This document shows positions 47,380 through 57,958 of a stretch of 58,351 bases of DNA, piece after piece; position 1 is the first letter of the stretch; every line of letters begins with the position of its first letter. Under the pieces are notes generated by a model. It was not told the DNA's origin. It searched no databases and was given only the letters and a program-made list of their open reading frames with translations. The DNA lies in NCBI GenBank assembly GCA_050253335.1, contig JBFWJG010000008.1, forward strand, positions 1 through 58,351. Reading direction: 5' to 3'. Made by a program: the position numbers and the translations under genes. The DNA comes from Deferribacterales bacterium. GTDB lineage: Bacteria > Chrysiogenota > Deferribacteres > Deferribacterales > Geovibrionaceae.

Positions 47380-49167
47380 TTACAAAACTATGGTGAACTC
47401 TGCTCCCTCAAATGTGTTCGCGGCAGTCAGTGTTCCCTGAATGTTCTTTTCTATGATTATTTTAGACATATAAAGCCCGATCCCCTGACCGTCCGGTCTG
47501 GTGGTGAAGTACGGCTCGAATATGCGTCCCATTGCCGACTGCTCTATCCCTCCGCCGTTATCTGCGATCCGTATCATTGTTCTGCCTTCTGCGGCGGCAA
47601 TATGTATCTCGATTCTGGGTTCAGGCACCCTGCGCATTGAGAGGATATCCTTCGCGTTCTGAATTATGTTAAGCAGAACCTGACAGAACTCGTTTCTGAA
47701 GGTTTTCAGGAATATGTTGTCCTGTGATTTTATAGTCAGCCTGATTCCGTGAAACCGTAAGTTGGGCTCAATTATTGAAACAACTTCGTTCAGGGCGCTG
47801 TTTATGCAGAATTCCTCAACCGGCTTTGAAGGGCTGAAGAAATTTTTGAAGTCGTCTATGGTGTGCGACATAAACTTGAGGGTGGAGAACGCTTCTTTTA
47901 TAAGTCCTTCGGCCTCGTCTTTATCCAGGTTGCCCTGTTTGATTCCCATTTCAAGGTTGGTGAGTATGCCTGTCATTTTGCTCAGGGGCTGACGCCACTG
48001 ATGGGCTATGTTTGAGATCATTTCCCCCATGGCCGCCAGTTTGGACTGATGAACAAGCATCTGTTCCTGTTCACGCTGTTTTCTTTCATTGGCAAGTCTC
48101 TGCGAGATGTCTCTGGCTACATCGATTGAAAATTTCCTTCCGTCTTCATTTATGACGGAGGCTGTGACTTCGGTGGGGACGATTTCCCCGTTCTTGTTCA
48201 GGAAATCAAGCCTCACTGTTTCCTTGAGGCCGAACTCCTCCCGCTTTCTTATTATATAATTGTGGATTTTCTCAAACTCATAGGACGGATGAAGCTGTTC
48301 GGGCGACAAACTGCGAAGCTCGTCGATGATATATCCTGTCATGCTCCGTGCGGCGGCATTTGCGTCAACAATGCGCTTTGTCCTCAGGTCACATATGAAA
48401 ATCGCGTCTGTAGCTGATTCAAAAAGGGTCTTGTATCTGGTTTCTATTCCGCGCAGAAGCTTTTCCTGCCCTTCCTTCTGGTCAGTGACGTCCCTTGCGA
48501 TGCCCTCTATGCCTGTTACTTCACCTTTTTTGTTTTTGATAAAGTGTGCGGATGTCGAAACCCGCCAGACACTGCCGTCTTTTCTGAAAAGTGAAGCGTC
48601 AAAGGAGGTCACCCTTCCGTTTCTGCCCAGCAGTTCCTTGAATATTTCTCTCTGCTCCGGAAAGACATACAGTTCTCCTCCGAGATTCTTGCCTATCATC
48701 TCCTCCGGCGTGAAGCCTGAGTAAATGAAGATGGAAGGCGAAACTGCTGTTATATTGCCATAAATATCTGAAGTGTAATATATGTCGAAAACATTCTCGA
48801 TAAATCCGGCAAATCTTTCGGAGTTTGCGCTGCAGCATGAAGCAGGGTTAAGGGAGGAGGTTCTGATTCCGGCTGAGCAGTCTTCAAGAGGGAAGGATTC
48901 TATCTCAACAAAACGCCACATTGAATCAGCACCGAGAATAAGACAGCTGTCTTTCCCTCCGTTTCGGAGAATAAGGGAGGTTCTTCCGCTGTATTCCGGT
49001 TTGATTAAATCGGTAAAAAGAGTTCCGCACACTTCCTGTCCGGAATAGCCGAACATTATTTCCGCTTCAGGGGAAATATCAAGTATGGATAAATTGCGGC
49101 CCAGTAAAAAATCATATTCTGTCATAACTGTACTGCACCGCCCCTCAGAAAGAAAATGCCCATACAT
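47380..49167 (-). CDS. Cytoplasmic multi-PAS sensor histidine kinase
   Basis: Three PAS-like domains, H-box IAHQWRQPL, NIIQNA, DNGGG, GQGIGLY; start uncertain (alternative 49125). Confidence 0.88.
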   Translation of the reverse strand: MYGHFLSEGRCSTVMTEYDFLLGRNLSILDISPEAEIMFGYSGQEVCGTLFTDLIKPEYSGRTSLILRNGGKDSCLILGADSMWRFVEIESFPLEDCSAGIRTSSLNPASCCSANSERFAGFIENVFDIYYTSDIYGNITAVSPSIFIYSGFTPEEMIGKNLGGELYVFPEQREIFKELLGRNGRVTSFDASLFRKDGSVWRVSTSAHFIKNKKGEVTGIEGIARDVTDQKEGQEKLLRGIETRYKTLFESATDAIFICDLRTKRIVDANAAARSMTGYIIDELRSLSPEQLHPSYEFEKIHNYIIRKREEFGLKETVRLDFLNKNGEIVPTEVTASVINEDGRKFSIDVARDISQRLANERKQREQEQMLVHQSKLAAMGEMISNIAHQWRQPLSKMTGILTNLEMGIKQGNLDKDEAEGLIKEAFSTLKFMSHTIDDFKNFFSPSKPVEEFCINSALNEVVSIIEPNLRFHGIRLTIKSQDNIFLKTFRNEFCQVLLNIIQNAKDILSMRRVPEPRIEIHIAAAEGRTMIRIADNGGGIEQSAMGRIFEPYFTTRPDGQGIGLYMSKIIIEKNIQGTLTAANTFEGAEFTIVL

Positions 49168-49221
49168 TCAGTTTACAGTAAAAAAATCAATAAGTCGCTG
49201 CTGTTCTATGACAATTGAAAT

Positions 49222-49257
49222 AAAAACGCCGCCTTTCACAGAGGCGGCGCTGTTTTT
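49222..49257. terminator. Rho-independent terminator after moeA
   Basis: AAAAACGCCGCCT...AGGCGGCG. Confidence 0.6.
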
Positions 49258-50437
49258 AAGGGATAAGTATCATGTCCGCTTCCGAACCTGCTGGAAGCGA
49301 ATTTGTGTCTTCATCAATAAGCACAAGGCCGTTCACCGTCGCAAAGTTGATGAAGTGGGAGGTAAGCTGTGAACCGGGATCTGCGGCGCAGTAGCGTCCG
49401 TTTTCCACTGTTACAACCGCTCTGTCAACATCCATGCGCCCCTTTCTTGCCTTCATCTCGGTTTTGAGGACTGCCTTGTGGATCTTGTTTTCAAAATCGG
49501 CCACGCCGAGAGCTTTCCTGAAAAGAGGCACAGCGTAGAAAACAAAGTTTGTGAGAAACGCCGCCGGATAGCCGGGCATACCGAGGAAGAGTTTGTTGTC
49601 CCTCTTGGCCACCATGAGCGGACTGCCGGGCTTGATGCGCGTTCTCTCTATAAAAAGTTCGAAGTCATGCTCTTTGAACACTTTTTTCACGAAGTCGTAT
49701 TTCCCCATGGAAACGCCGCCTGAGGATATGATTATGTCGTGATCTCTGCACATTTCCTTGAAAGCGTTTGCAACTTCCGCTTCCGTGTCCCCTATGGGGC
49801 CGAAGAAATCAGGGGTTATGCCCACGGAGTTCAGACAGCTTTCCAGAATCCGCCTGTTGGTGTCAAAAACCATTCCCTCGGTGAATTTCTCTTCCACTTC
49901 AAGGATTTCATCACCTGTGACGAATGCAGCCACACGGGGTTTTTTGTATACCTCAACCTCGGCCTTGCCCAGATAAAAAAGGGCAGGGTAAAGTCCCTTG
50001 TCAATGACTGCGCCTTTTCTGATTACGGCTTCGCCTTTTCTGGCTTCTTCTCCGGCGAGGTTTACGGAATCTCCCGCGGGGATGCTTTCGGGGATGGAGA
50101 CAACTCCGTCTTTTTCCTCGCAGTCTTCAACACGGGCAACGGTGTCCGCGCCGTGGGGGACGGTTCCTCCGGTCATAACAAATATGGTTTCATCATCCTT
50201 TACGGACGGGCCGCTTTTTTCTCCGGCGGCTACTTCCCCCGTGAGCCTGTATGTTTTCCGGCCGTGCCTGAAGGCATAGCCGTCCACTGCGGATTTATTT
50301 ACATCCGGGTAGTCTCTGGGCACAGTTATATCTTCCGCCAGAGTTCTGCCCCAGCTTTCCCTCACTGAAACCTTTTCTGTTCCGTAGGTTGTCACAAGGC
50401 TGTTAAGTATGGATTTTGCTTCCTGCCAGCTTATCAT
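49256..50437 (-). CDS. moeA: Molybdopterin molybdotransferase MoeA
   Basis: SAVDGYA, TGDE, SSGGVSMGKYD, KPG.P, GMPGYP; ATG overlaps the upstream TGA (ATGA). Confidence 0.93.
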   Translation of the reverse strand: MISWQEAKSILNSLVTTYGTEKVSVRESWGRTLAEDITVPRDYPDVNKSAVDGYAFRHGRKTYRLTGEVAAGEKSGPSVKDDETIFVMTGGTVPHGADTVARVEDCEEKDGVVSIPESIPAGDSVNLAGEEARKGEAVIRKGAVIDKGLYPALFYLGKAEVEVYKKPRVAAFVTGDEILEVEEKFTEGMVFDTNRRILESCLNSVGITPDFFGPIGDTEAEVANAFKEMCRDHDIIISSGGVSMGKYDFVKKVFKEHDFELFIERTRIKPGSPLMVAKRDNKLFLGMPGYPAAFLTNFVFYAVPLFRKALGVADFENKIHKAVLKTEMKARKGRMDVDRAVVTVENGRYCAADPGSQLTSHFINFATVNGLVLIDEDTNSLPAGSEADMILIP

Positions 50438-51459
50438 AAGCCGCCCCTCCCGAACGGACAGACGGGATAATGGCACTTCTCGCAGAAGTGGCACAGGCCG
50501 CCGTGACCGGAATTTGCTATGAATTCTCTGGTTATCTTTTCTTTTGCAAGTATTTTAGGCAGATAGATGTCCAGCGCCGTGGCATGGAAAAACAGAGCCG
50601 CCGCAGGCACGCAGACCACGGTTTTTTCCCCGATGTAGCCTATGGAGCAGTTGTTTCCCGGCTGGATAGGGTTGCCCTTGCAGACTATCTGCACTCCTGC
50701 GTCCTTTATGGCGTCTGTGGTGACATCGTCAGGGTCAACGCTGGTTCCACCTGTGGTGAGCACAAGGTCTGTGAGTTCAAGCATTTTTTTAAGCTCACGG
50801 GTTATGTGCTCTCTTTCGTCAGGGGCGACAGCGGTTGCGACAACTTCAACGCCCATTGCCCTGAGTTTTGCGGAAAGCTTGGGTATGAAGCCTTCTTTGA
50901 TGCGCCCTTCGTAAACCTCATTCCCTGTCACCAGAATGCAGGCTGTTTTTATTTTGTATGGATTAACGCTTAATATGGGTTTGTCGAGGATGCTTCTGAC
51001 AGAGTCCATAAGCTCCTCGGTGCAGACGAGGGGAATTATTCTGAAAGCTGCCACCTGAGCGCCTTTTTTCACGGGGAAACCGTCATGCAGGGTGGGCATG
51101 GAGGGGATCTCAAGGCTGTTTACCGCCAGCAGTTTTTCCCTGTCCACATGGAAAACCCCGTCAACTTCAGCATAGAAAGAAACTTTTCCTTCGCTGGTCT
51201 CCTTGTCGTAGGTGACATTTTCACCTGCGGCGAGGGGTGCGGCTATCTTTGCCGCGTCATCCTCGTGAACATCCGTGTCATTGCCGTCCATGACAAAAAT
51301 GTTTCTGCGGCCGAGGTTTTTCATGTATTCTATGTCATCCGCGCAGATTAAGTGCCCGCGCTTGAACGCACGGTTCTTTATTTTCTTCTCCAGGCTTACT
51401 TCTGTGATGTCGTATGCGAGAACCTGACCTTCCGCATTGTCAATACTGATTTTTTTCAT
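50434..51459 (-). CDS. Molybdopterin-binding (MoCF_biosynth) domain protein, MoeA-like
   Basis: VHEDDAA, TGNEVYEGRI, TGGTSVDPDDVT, C-terminal GGLCHFCEKCHYPVCPFG. Confidence 0.88.
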   Translation of the reverse strand: MKKISIDNAEGQVLAYDITEVSLEKKIKNRAFKRGHLICADDIEYMKNLGRRNIFVMDGNDTDVHEDDAAKIAAPLAAGENVTYDKETSEGKVSFYAEVDGVFHVDREKLLAVNSLEIPSMPTLHDGFPVKKGAQVAAFRIIPLVCTEELMDSVRSILDKPILSVNPYKIKTACILVTGNEVYEGRIKEGFIPKLSAKLRAMGVEVVATAVAPDEREHITRELKKMLELTDLVLTTGGTSVDPDDVTTDAIKDAGVQIVCKGNPIQPGNNCSIGYIGEKTVVCVPAAALFFHATALDIYLPKILAKEKITREFIANSGHGGLCHFCEKCHYPVCPFGRGGL

Positions 51460-51636
51460 TGCGACTCCGCTGTGTGTTCAATAAAATGTAGATGTACGGA
51501 ATGTTTTTGTCAAGCAGACCGATTGCGGTGGAACTTGATTCTGCATTCTGGTATATTTTCTTATGACTTAAATGATAATTGCCAAAAGGTAAATCTGAGG
51601 TAAATCCCCGGAGTATGCTTTTTTGGAGGTACGGAT

Positions 51637-52329
51637 TTGGACAGGGAAGAGCTGAGCAGGTTTGACGGCAAAGAAGGGCGCAGGGCGTATATAGGCTACA
51701 AAGGCCACGTTTATGATGTTACGGAGAGCAGACTGTGGAAGAACGGTCAGCACGTTAAGAGGCACTTTGCCGGAAGGGATCTCACTGAGGATCTGGACAA
51801 AGCGCCGCACACTGACGAAGTTTTCGCCAGAATAAAGCCCGTTGACGTGCTTACGGAATCTGTTGCGAAGATTGAAATATCTCCGTCCGATGAGTTTAAG
51901 GCGATGCTGAGGGATGTTTACAGAAAGCTCCACCCGCATCCCATGTTCATACATTTCCCCATGGGGCTTCTCAGCTTTGCGGTGTTTATGCAGATCATGT
52001 TCCTGTTCACGGGGGAGCCGAGCTTTGAGACCACAGCCTTTCACTGCATGGTGGCAGGCGGCGTTTCCCTCATTCCCACAATAGCCTCCGGCTTTTTCAG
52101 CTGGTGGGTGAACTATCACTACGCAACATCCAATGTCTTTGTTACGAAGATAGCCTTCTCGGCGCTGCTGTTTCTTATGTGCATGGCGGAAATGTGGCTG
52201 AGGTTCAGCGATCCGTCCATCTCGGCTGCCGGAACCGGCGTTTCAAACCTGTATAACGGTCTTCTGCTTCTTAATCTGCCTGTTATGGCGGTGATAGGGT
52301 TTAACGGCGGCAAGATCACTTGGGGTTGA
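51637..52329 (+). CDS. Cytochrome b5-like heme/steroid-binding domain fused to a DUF2231-like membrane domain
   Basis: EELSRFDGKEG...VYDVT...W..GQH...HFAGRDLT...APH; HP..IHFP plus 4 TM; TTG start after GGAGG. Confidence 0.85.
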   Translation: MDREELSRFDGKEGRRAYIGYKGHVYDVTESRLWKNGQHVKRHFAGRDLTEDLDKAPHTDEVFARIKPVDVLTESVAKIEISPSDEFKAMLRDVYRKLHPHPMFIHFPMGLLSFAVFMQIMFLFTGEPSFETTAFHCMVAGGVSLIPTIASGFFSWWVNYHYATSNVFVTKIAFSALLFLMCMAEMWLRFSDPSISAAGTGVSNLYNGLLLLNLPVMAVIGFNGGKITWG

Positions 52330-52371
52330 AGTTCTGTAAATTATAAGGGGGCAGGGGAATACGTCTGCCTC

Positions 52372-53526
52372 CTAGTCCTCTTCTGCGGTGTCTGTGCTTA
52401 TTTTCTCCAGACCGAGTGAATCCAGTTTCTCGAGGGGCTTGTCAAGCATTCTGCGGCGGGTTCCGCTCAAAAGCTCGTATTCCTTTGCCGCGTCCTCTAT
52501 CTTTTTGCCGAGGGCTTCCATCTTCCCCGTGAAGAGATCCCACTGCTTGCGGAATGTGCCCATGATTGTGAGTATCTCCGATGATGTCTGCTCAAGGCGG
52601 AAATTCTCCGCCGCCTGCCTGATCACCGCAAGAACGGAGAAGAGCGACACAGGAGATGTGAGTGCGACCTTTTTTTCAAAGGCGAAGTCCAGAACATCAG
52701 GGCACTTTTCCATCATGAAGCCGAAAATCTGCTCATTCGGTATGAAAAGCATGGCGAAATCCAGCGTATTCTCAGCGGGGTCTATGTAATCCCTGCCGGA
52801 AACCTCCTTAATCCGCTCCTTAACATCCTTGGCAAATGCCGATGCGCGCGTTTTTGCCGCCGCTTCTTCTGTTTCATCCAGATATTTCAGATAGTTTTCC
52901 AGCGGAAACTTCACATCCATATTAAGTATCGCGCCGTTTGGCATTATGAAGGTGTAGTCCGGCCTGCTGCCGGAGGTTTTCAGAGTTTTCTGTCTGTAGT
53001 AGTTTACGTTTTCCATGAATCCGGCGGATTTCAGTATATCCTCCGCCATGCGTTCGCCCCAGCGGCCGCGTTTGCCTGTGGAGGAGAGGGCTTCCTTGAG
53101 GGATGACGTGACCCTGAAAAGCTCTTCGGCGTTTCTGGATGTGTGGCGTATCTGCTCGGAGAGGGCGGAGAATTTTGATTCCCTGTCTTTCTCAAACTCT
53201 TTTACAAGCTTCTCGACCTCGGTGAGTTCCTTGGTCATTTTATCAAGCTGGGCATCGATCAGCGCTTTTTTTCCGTCAAGCTGTGCGGCGCCTGCCTTGC
53301 GCTCATTTTCTATGTGCTTCATGAGCTCTGCCGTGGTTTTGGAGAGCGCCTCAAGTGAGAGACCGGAGAAGCTTAGTTTAAGCTGTTCCGCCATCTGCGA
53401 AACAGTTTTTTCCGCATCGAGCCGGAGAGCCTCCTGCTTCCGTGAGAGCACGGTGAAGAAAACCGCGCAGACACCTGCGCCCGCGGCGAAACCGAAAAGA
53501 AAGATAACTATTGATGAATTTTCCAT
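52372..53526 (-). CDS. rmuC: DNA recombination protein RmuC
   Basis: N-terminal TM and coiled coil; RGRWGE, RPD, MDVKFP, FAMLFIPNE. Confidence 0.92.
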   Translation of the reverse strand: MENSSIVIFLFGFAAGAGVCAVFFTVLSRKQEALRLDAEKTVSQMAEQLKLSFSGLSLEALSKTTAELMKHIENERKAGAAQLDGKKALIDAQLDKMTKELTEVEKLVKEFEKDRESKFSALSEQIRHTSRNAEELFRVTSSLKEALSSTGKRGRWGERMAEDILKSAGFMENVNYYRQKTLKTSGSRPDYTFIMPNGAILNMDVKFPLENYLKYLDETEEAAAKTRASAFAKDVKERIKEVSGRDYIDPAENTLDFAMLFIPNEQIFGFMMEKCPDVLDFAFEKKVALTSPVSLFSVLAVIRQAAENFRLEQTSSEILTIMGTFRKQWDLFTGKMEALGKKIEDAAKEYELLSGTRRRMLDKPLEKLDSLGLEKISTDTAEED

Positions 53527-53623
53527 GATCAGAATTTAGCAGAAAGCGGATATGGGGGCAATATGGTTTGTTCTTTTGCCGATTCTGTTTTAAATTATAT
53601 TCAGCGAGTTTCGGAGTGTTCCA

Positions 53624-54811
53624 TTGGTTTACAAGGGTTTTACTTTTCTTATATGCGATGCGGGCGGGCTGATCCCCCTTGCCGCTGTTCTTCGCAGGCT
53701 GACTGCGGGCGGGGAAACTGTTTTTCCGTTTGTCCCTGTCCCTTTTTCCCCCCGCATGTCTCACACCCTCTGCGGTGCGGGAGCTTCTGCGGATGCTTAT
53801 ATGCTGGCTCTTGCGTGCGGAATAAATGCCTCTTATCTCATGTCTCTCAGGGTGAAGGCGGGAAGCGTTCCGGATTCCGAAACCTATGAAAACGCCGCGG
53901 CAAGGCTTGAGGAAATATCTGCAAGCGCAGCCTATGACCGAATAGCCCTTGTTCTGGATGCCGACTGCGGCGAATGGGGCGAGGAACTGGCGGGGCTCAT
54001 ATGCGGCGGTGTTTATCTATGCGGAGGCAGTGCGTCTGTTAAGGCAGTCTGGGACGGAGCATCGGACGAACTGAGGGCGCTTATGAAGGGTGCTCTGCTT
54101 TCGGAGAAGAGCTGGAGCTTTCTTGCTAAACCGCCTCTGCCTGTGATTGCCGCTGTGCCGGAAAGCCTGCCGGAGGCGGAGATTCTGCCGGATTTATGTA
54201 TTTTCGGCAATGCGGACGGCGTGAAAACAGGGGTGATCAACCTCCCTTCCATGGCGGACTGTGATGATGCAGTGCCGTTTCTTATGTCCATGGATTTCAG
54301 TGTATCGGTGATAAACGAACCGCACGAGGCCGATGACTGCGGCATACTGATCCTCCCCTCCAGCGAAAATCCGAGGAGCGATCTCCGCTTTCTCGAAAAA
54401 AGGGGATTTGATGCCAAGCTTAGGGAAATTTTCGGTCATAAACCTCTTATAGCATTCGGAACAGGCTTTTCCATGCTCGGTTCGAGGTTCAGCTTCGAAA
54501 GCGGAACGGAGACGGGGATCTTCTCAGGGCTTGGGCTCAGTGATTATGAATCGGTTGTGCGGGGAGGCAGGAGGCTTGTCTGTTCCAAGTTCCGTTTCAG
54601 CGGTGAGAAGTGGCTTTTCCACCCGATCAGCGTCAGTGAGGAATATCTTTTTGCGGGCATTCCTTTCCACGGGGAGACGGCAAGCGAACCTGTGCGCAAC
54701 CTTCTGCATATGGCGCTAAAGATTAAGCCTGATTTTTCCGAATATATCATAGCGGCGCGCGCACTTGGTGTTCTGGCCGATAAATGCATAGTGAAAAATA
54801 ATATCTTCTGA
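53624..54811 (+). CDS. Degenerate cobyric acid synthase (CobQ/CbiP)-like protein
   Basis: GVINLPSMADCDD, ILILPSSENPRSDL, PLIAFGTGFSMLG and FHG align with CobQ GATase motifs but the catalytic Cys is missing. Confidence 0.6.
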   Translation: MVYKGFTFLICDAGGLIPLAAVLRRLTAGGETVFPFVPVPFSPRMSHTLCGAGASADAYMLALACGINASYLMSLRVKAGSVPDSETYENAAARLEEISASAAYDRIALVLDADCGEWGEELAGLICGGVYLCGGSASVKAVWDGASDELRALMKGALLSEKSWSFLAKPPLPVIAAVPESLPEAEILPDLCIFGNADGVKTGVINLPSMADCDDAVPFLMSMDFSVSVINEPHEADDCGILILPSSENPRSDLRFLEKRGFDAKLREIFGHKPLIAFGTGFSMLGSRFSFESGTETGIFSGLGLSDYESVVRGGRRLVCSKFRFSGEKWLFHPISVSEEYLFAGIPFHGETASEPVRNLLHMALKIKPDFSEYIIAARALGVLADKCIVKNNIF

Positions 54812-54824
54812 CAATGGGAGGCCT

Positions 54825-55232
54825 ATGGTTCCGTTTATCTTCAACCTTACTGATAAAAAAATTCTGGTGGCGGGCGGAGGTGCGGAGGCCGAATCCCTGC
54901 TTGTTAAGTTTCTGGGGCATGACCCGCACATCAAGGTTATCTCACCCGCATACACCGAAAATATCAGACTCTTTCACAGATTCGGGCGCATCGAGCTTGA
55001 AGAGAGATGGGCGGAGGAGACCGATGTGGATTCTTCCTTCTACTTTGTTTTCGCCGTTACAGGGGACGCTGAGGTGGACGCAGAAGTCGGAGCATGGGCA
55101 CGCAGAGCGCATGTGCCTGTCTTCGTGCTGAATAATCCGCAGATGTCTGACTTTTCAACTGAAAAGGATGAAAAGAACGAGGCCGGTGATTTTGACAGAA
55201 TAAAGGAGCTTCTTCAGACAAGGCGGGGCTAA
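54825..55232 (+). CDS. Precorrin-2 dehydrogenase/SirC (CysG N-terminal)-like NAD-binding protein, short
   Basis: P..FNL..KKILVAGGG.EA, VISP, FAVTGD, NNPQMSDF; lacks the usual C-terminal domain. Confidence 0.75.
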   Translation: MVPFIFNLTDKKILVAGGGAEAESLLVKFLGHDPHIKVISPAYTENIRLFHRFGRIELEERWAEETDVDSSFYFVFAVTGDAEVDAEVGAWARRAHVPVFVLNNPQMSDFSTEKDEKNEAGDFDRIKELLQTRRG

Positions 55233-55588
55233 TCCCGAAACGTGGGCAGGCTGAGGATATACCATGTCACGCCTGCTCCTGCGGCGGTGAGGACTAGGAA
55301 TACAATGATACTGCCCGAAATAGCAGACGAAAAAATAAGCGAAAACCAGAGCAGGCCGAGGGCGCGTATTTTTATTCTGCGGCTTATGCCCAGCCCGTTT
55401 TCATAATTTCTGATTATATCTCCGAAGTGCTTGTTGTTCAGGAGCATTTTGTGAAATTTCTCCGAACTGCGGGCAAAGCAGGCCGCCGCCAGCAGTATAA
55501 ACGGAGTGGTGGGCATTACCGGAAGAAAGATTCCGACTATGCCCAGAAAAAGTGATATAAAACCAAGAACAATAAGGATTATCTTCAT
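55229..55588 (-). CDS. YbaN/DUF454 family membrane protein
   Basis: LGIVGIFLPVMPTTPFILLAAACFARSS. Confidence 0.92.
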   Translation of the reverse strand: MKIILIVLGFISLFLGIVGIFLPVMPTTPFILLAAACFARSSEKFHKMLLNNKHFGDIIRNYENGLGISRRIKIRALGLLWFSLIFSSAISGSIIVFLVLTAAGAGVTWYILSLPTFRD

Positions 55589-55860
55589 CCGCTCTCCTGA
55601 GTATGCTCCAATATAAAAACATAAGCCGGATAATGCAATTAAAGTTTATTTGAAACTTAAAACTTTCCAGGGAAGAAAGCTCACCGCTATATAAAAACCA
55701 GTCCTATTCCGAATCCTGTCAGGAAGAGGGAAGGTGAGTGCAGTTAAAAGAAAAATGCCCTCCTTTACAGAAGAAGGGCATCGGGTAATTTTTTGAAAAT
55801 GTGCACGACTTTAATTAAAAAGAGCTCTGCCTGCGTTAATGAAAGGCAAAGTCCTTTATC

Positions 55861-57831
55861 TCAGTATTTGAATTTTTCAATTGACTGTCTTAAAGATTCC
55901 GCTGTGGACTCAAGGTCGCTCAGGGTTTCTGCTATCTCGTTTACAGCCGCCGCACTCTGCTCAATTCCGGCGGATATTCCGGTTGTGCTGTGTCCTGTGT
56001 GCTGAATCGCTTCGGACTGCTCATTAATAGAAACGGTTATGATGCTGTTTTTCTCGGCGACATCGGCGACTGCGCTGTTGATACGGTCGAAGGCGCTCTT
56101 TGTGCTTTCGGACTGAATAACGCATTTCTCAACATTTCCGGAGGCGGCCTGTGCGCCTTTTACAGCGTTTTCGGTTTCTGTTTTGAAAAGGGTTACAATG
56201 CTGATTATCTCCCCTGTTGATGACTGAGTTTTTTCAGCGAGTTTCCGCACTTCGTCCGCGACAACCGCAAAGCCTCTGCCCGCTTCTCCGGCTCTTGCCG
56301 CCTCTATGGCCGCATTGAGCGCCAGCAGGTTTGTCTGGTCGGCTATTTCGTTTATAACTTTGACAATATCGCCTATCTCGTGAGAAGTTTCGCCAAGCTT
56401 CTTGATTGTTCTCGCCAGACTGTCACTGTCGTTCTTTATGGCAGTAATCAGGCGGACTATGCTTTCCAGCTCAGCACGTCCGTCAGCAATGCTTTTTGTT
56501 GCTGACTGCGCCGCATGCTCAACTTCTTTGATGTTTCCTTCAATGGAAACTGCGGTGGCACTCATTTCGCTCATAGCCGCCGCAATGCCTGTGACCTCTT
56601 TTGACTGCTCGCCGAACGTAACTGAGAGCTCCTCCACCGCCGCGGCGAGCTGGGTTGTGCCCGATGCGACAACGGATACGGATTTCGCTGTCCCGCCCAC
56701 GAGAAACTGGATGTTCTCTATGAAGCAGTTAACATTTGCTGCAAGTTCGCCTATTTCATCGCGGTTGGATACGTTTATGCGCCTTGTAAGGTCGCCGTCA
56801 CCTTCATTGAGCTGGGCTGTGAGGTTTATAAGCAGGCGGATATTCCCTATTACCGACTTCAGGAGAACAAGGATGAGCGAGACAAAGGCTACAAAGCCCA
56901 CAGCGGCCATTAATCCCGTGAGGGAAAGCTGGCTTTTTGCCGCTGCTATTTTGGAATTCATGTAGTCCGTCATGCTGAGCGCTATGAGGTCTTCCGTTTC
57001 TTTCATAGAGTTTATCTTCCGGGTCATCAGGCTGAACCACTCCTCGGCACTTATGCCGAAACCGCCTTCGGAAGCTTTTGCAGCAGCGGTTTTTTCCATT
57101 TCTGCCGCTTTTATGCTGTTGTCGGAGTTTTCTGCTTTTTCAGAGCTGAGAACAAATTCACTTCTGGCGGTCCACTCAAAGGATGAAAGGTATGCTTTTC
57201 TTTCACTGGCAAGACGGAGATATTTCTCATACATCCCGCCTGTGAAACGGTCATCCGCGAAGACGGATGCGAGAACAGCGCACATAAGCCCGGTCTGTTC
57301 CTTGGCGCTCATATAGTTGGTGTATGCGATGATGTCTTTTGCAAGCTGAGGGTCGCTTACATCAGCCGCAATACGGGAAACAGCGCTGAGAAACAGCCTG
57401 TTTATTTCGGTGTAGTAGTTTATAACCTCAGCGGGTTCGGCTGTTCTGTCCGCTGTGTCTCTGCGTATTTTCGCAAGCCTGCCAAGCCCGCTCATAGCCT
57501 GAGTAATGTCTTCTGATTTGAAGGATGCCTCTTCAACAGCTTTTCTGACTTTTTCCAGAGCTTCGTCAGTTGCAGTGTGCTGAGTGCTTAAACTGCTGAG
57601 GAAGGACTTGTCCCCTCCGGAAAGATAGCCTGCGGAAAGCCCGCGCTCTTTCTGGAGCTCATGCACGAGGGCGCTGGAGGAAACAGAGAATTCCACAAAC
57701 TGCCGGAGCGCCTTTGTTCTCATGAGTATGCCAGCATCCTGAAAAAGGCCGGAAACTGTGTAGAACGTTAGCATAATAAACGGGATTAACAGTGCCGAGA
57801 GTACTTTTGTTTTTATTGACATATTTTTCAC
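55861..57831 (-). CDS. Methyl-accepting chemotaxis protein with NIT (nitrate/nitrite-sensing) domain
   Basis: TM-NIT ([16 protein letters not shown])-TM-HAMP-MCP signal ([38 protein letters not shown]). Confidence 0.93.
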   Translation of the reverse strand: MKNMSIKTKVLSALLIPFIMLTFYTVSGLFQDAGILMRTKALRQFVEFSVSSSALVHELQKERGLSAGYLSGGDKSFLSSLSTQHTATDEALEKVRKAVEEASFKSEDITQAMSGLGRLAKIRRDTADRTAEPAEVINYYTEINRLFLSAVSRIAADVSDPQLAKDIIAYTNYMSAKEQTGLMCAVLASVFADDRFTGGMYEKYLRLASERKAYLSSFEWTARSEFVLSSEKAENSDNSIKAAEMEKTAAAKASEGGFGISAEEWFSLMTRKINSMKETEDLIALSMTDYMNSKIAAAKSQLSLTGLMAAVGFVAFVSLILVLLKSVIGNIRLLINLTAQLNEGDGDLTRRINVSNRDEIGELAANVNCFIENIQFLVGGTAKSVSVVASGTTQLAAAVEELSVTFGEQSKEVTGIAAAMSEMSATAVSIEGNIKEVEHAAQSATKSIADGRAELESIVRLITAIKNDSDSLARTIKKLGETSHEIGDIVKVINEIADQTNLLALNAAIEAARAGEAGRGFAVVADEVRKLAEKTQSSTGEIISIVTLFKTETENAVKGAQAASGNVEKCVIQSESTKSAFDRINSAVADVAEKNSIITVSINEQSEAIQHTGHSTTGISAGIEQSAAAVNEIAETLSDLESTAESLRQSIEKFKY

Positions 57832-57890
57832 GGCGTCACCTTTATCAGAGAGAATTGTTTGTAATATATATTACAATGCAAAAAAAATAA

Positions 57891-57904
57891 TTGATCAACA
57901 TCAA
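57891..57904. promoter_or_regulatory. FNR/CRP-family box upstream of the NIT chemoreceptor
   Basis: TTGAT-CAAC-ATCAA, exact FNR consensus TTGAT-N4-ATCAA, 60 nt upstream of the start. Confidence 0.6.
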
Positions 57905-57958
57905 TTTAAAAAAATAAAGGGTTTGAGCGATTTTACTGCACATTTTTGGAATAAATGT

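Noticed and set aside
51460..51636. Moco riboswitch or Fur box between the Moco genes and the cytochrome b5 gene
   Set aside because: No recognisable conserved riboswitch core; AAATGATAATTG is only a half-site match
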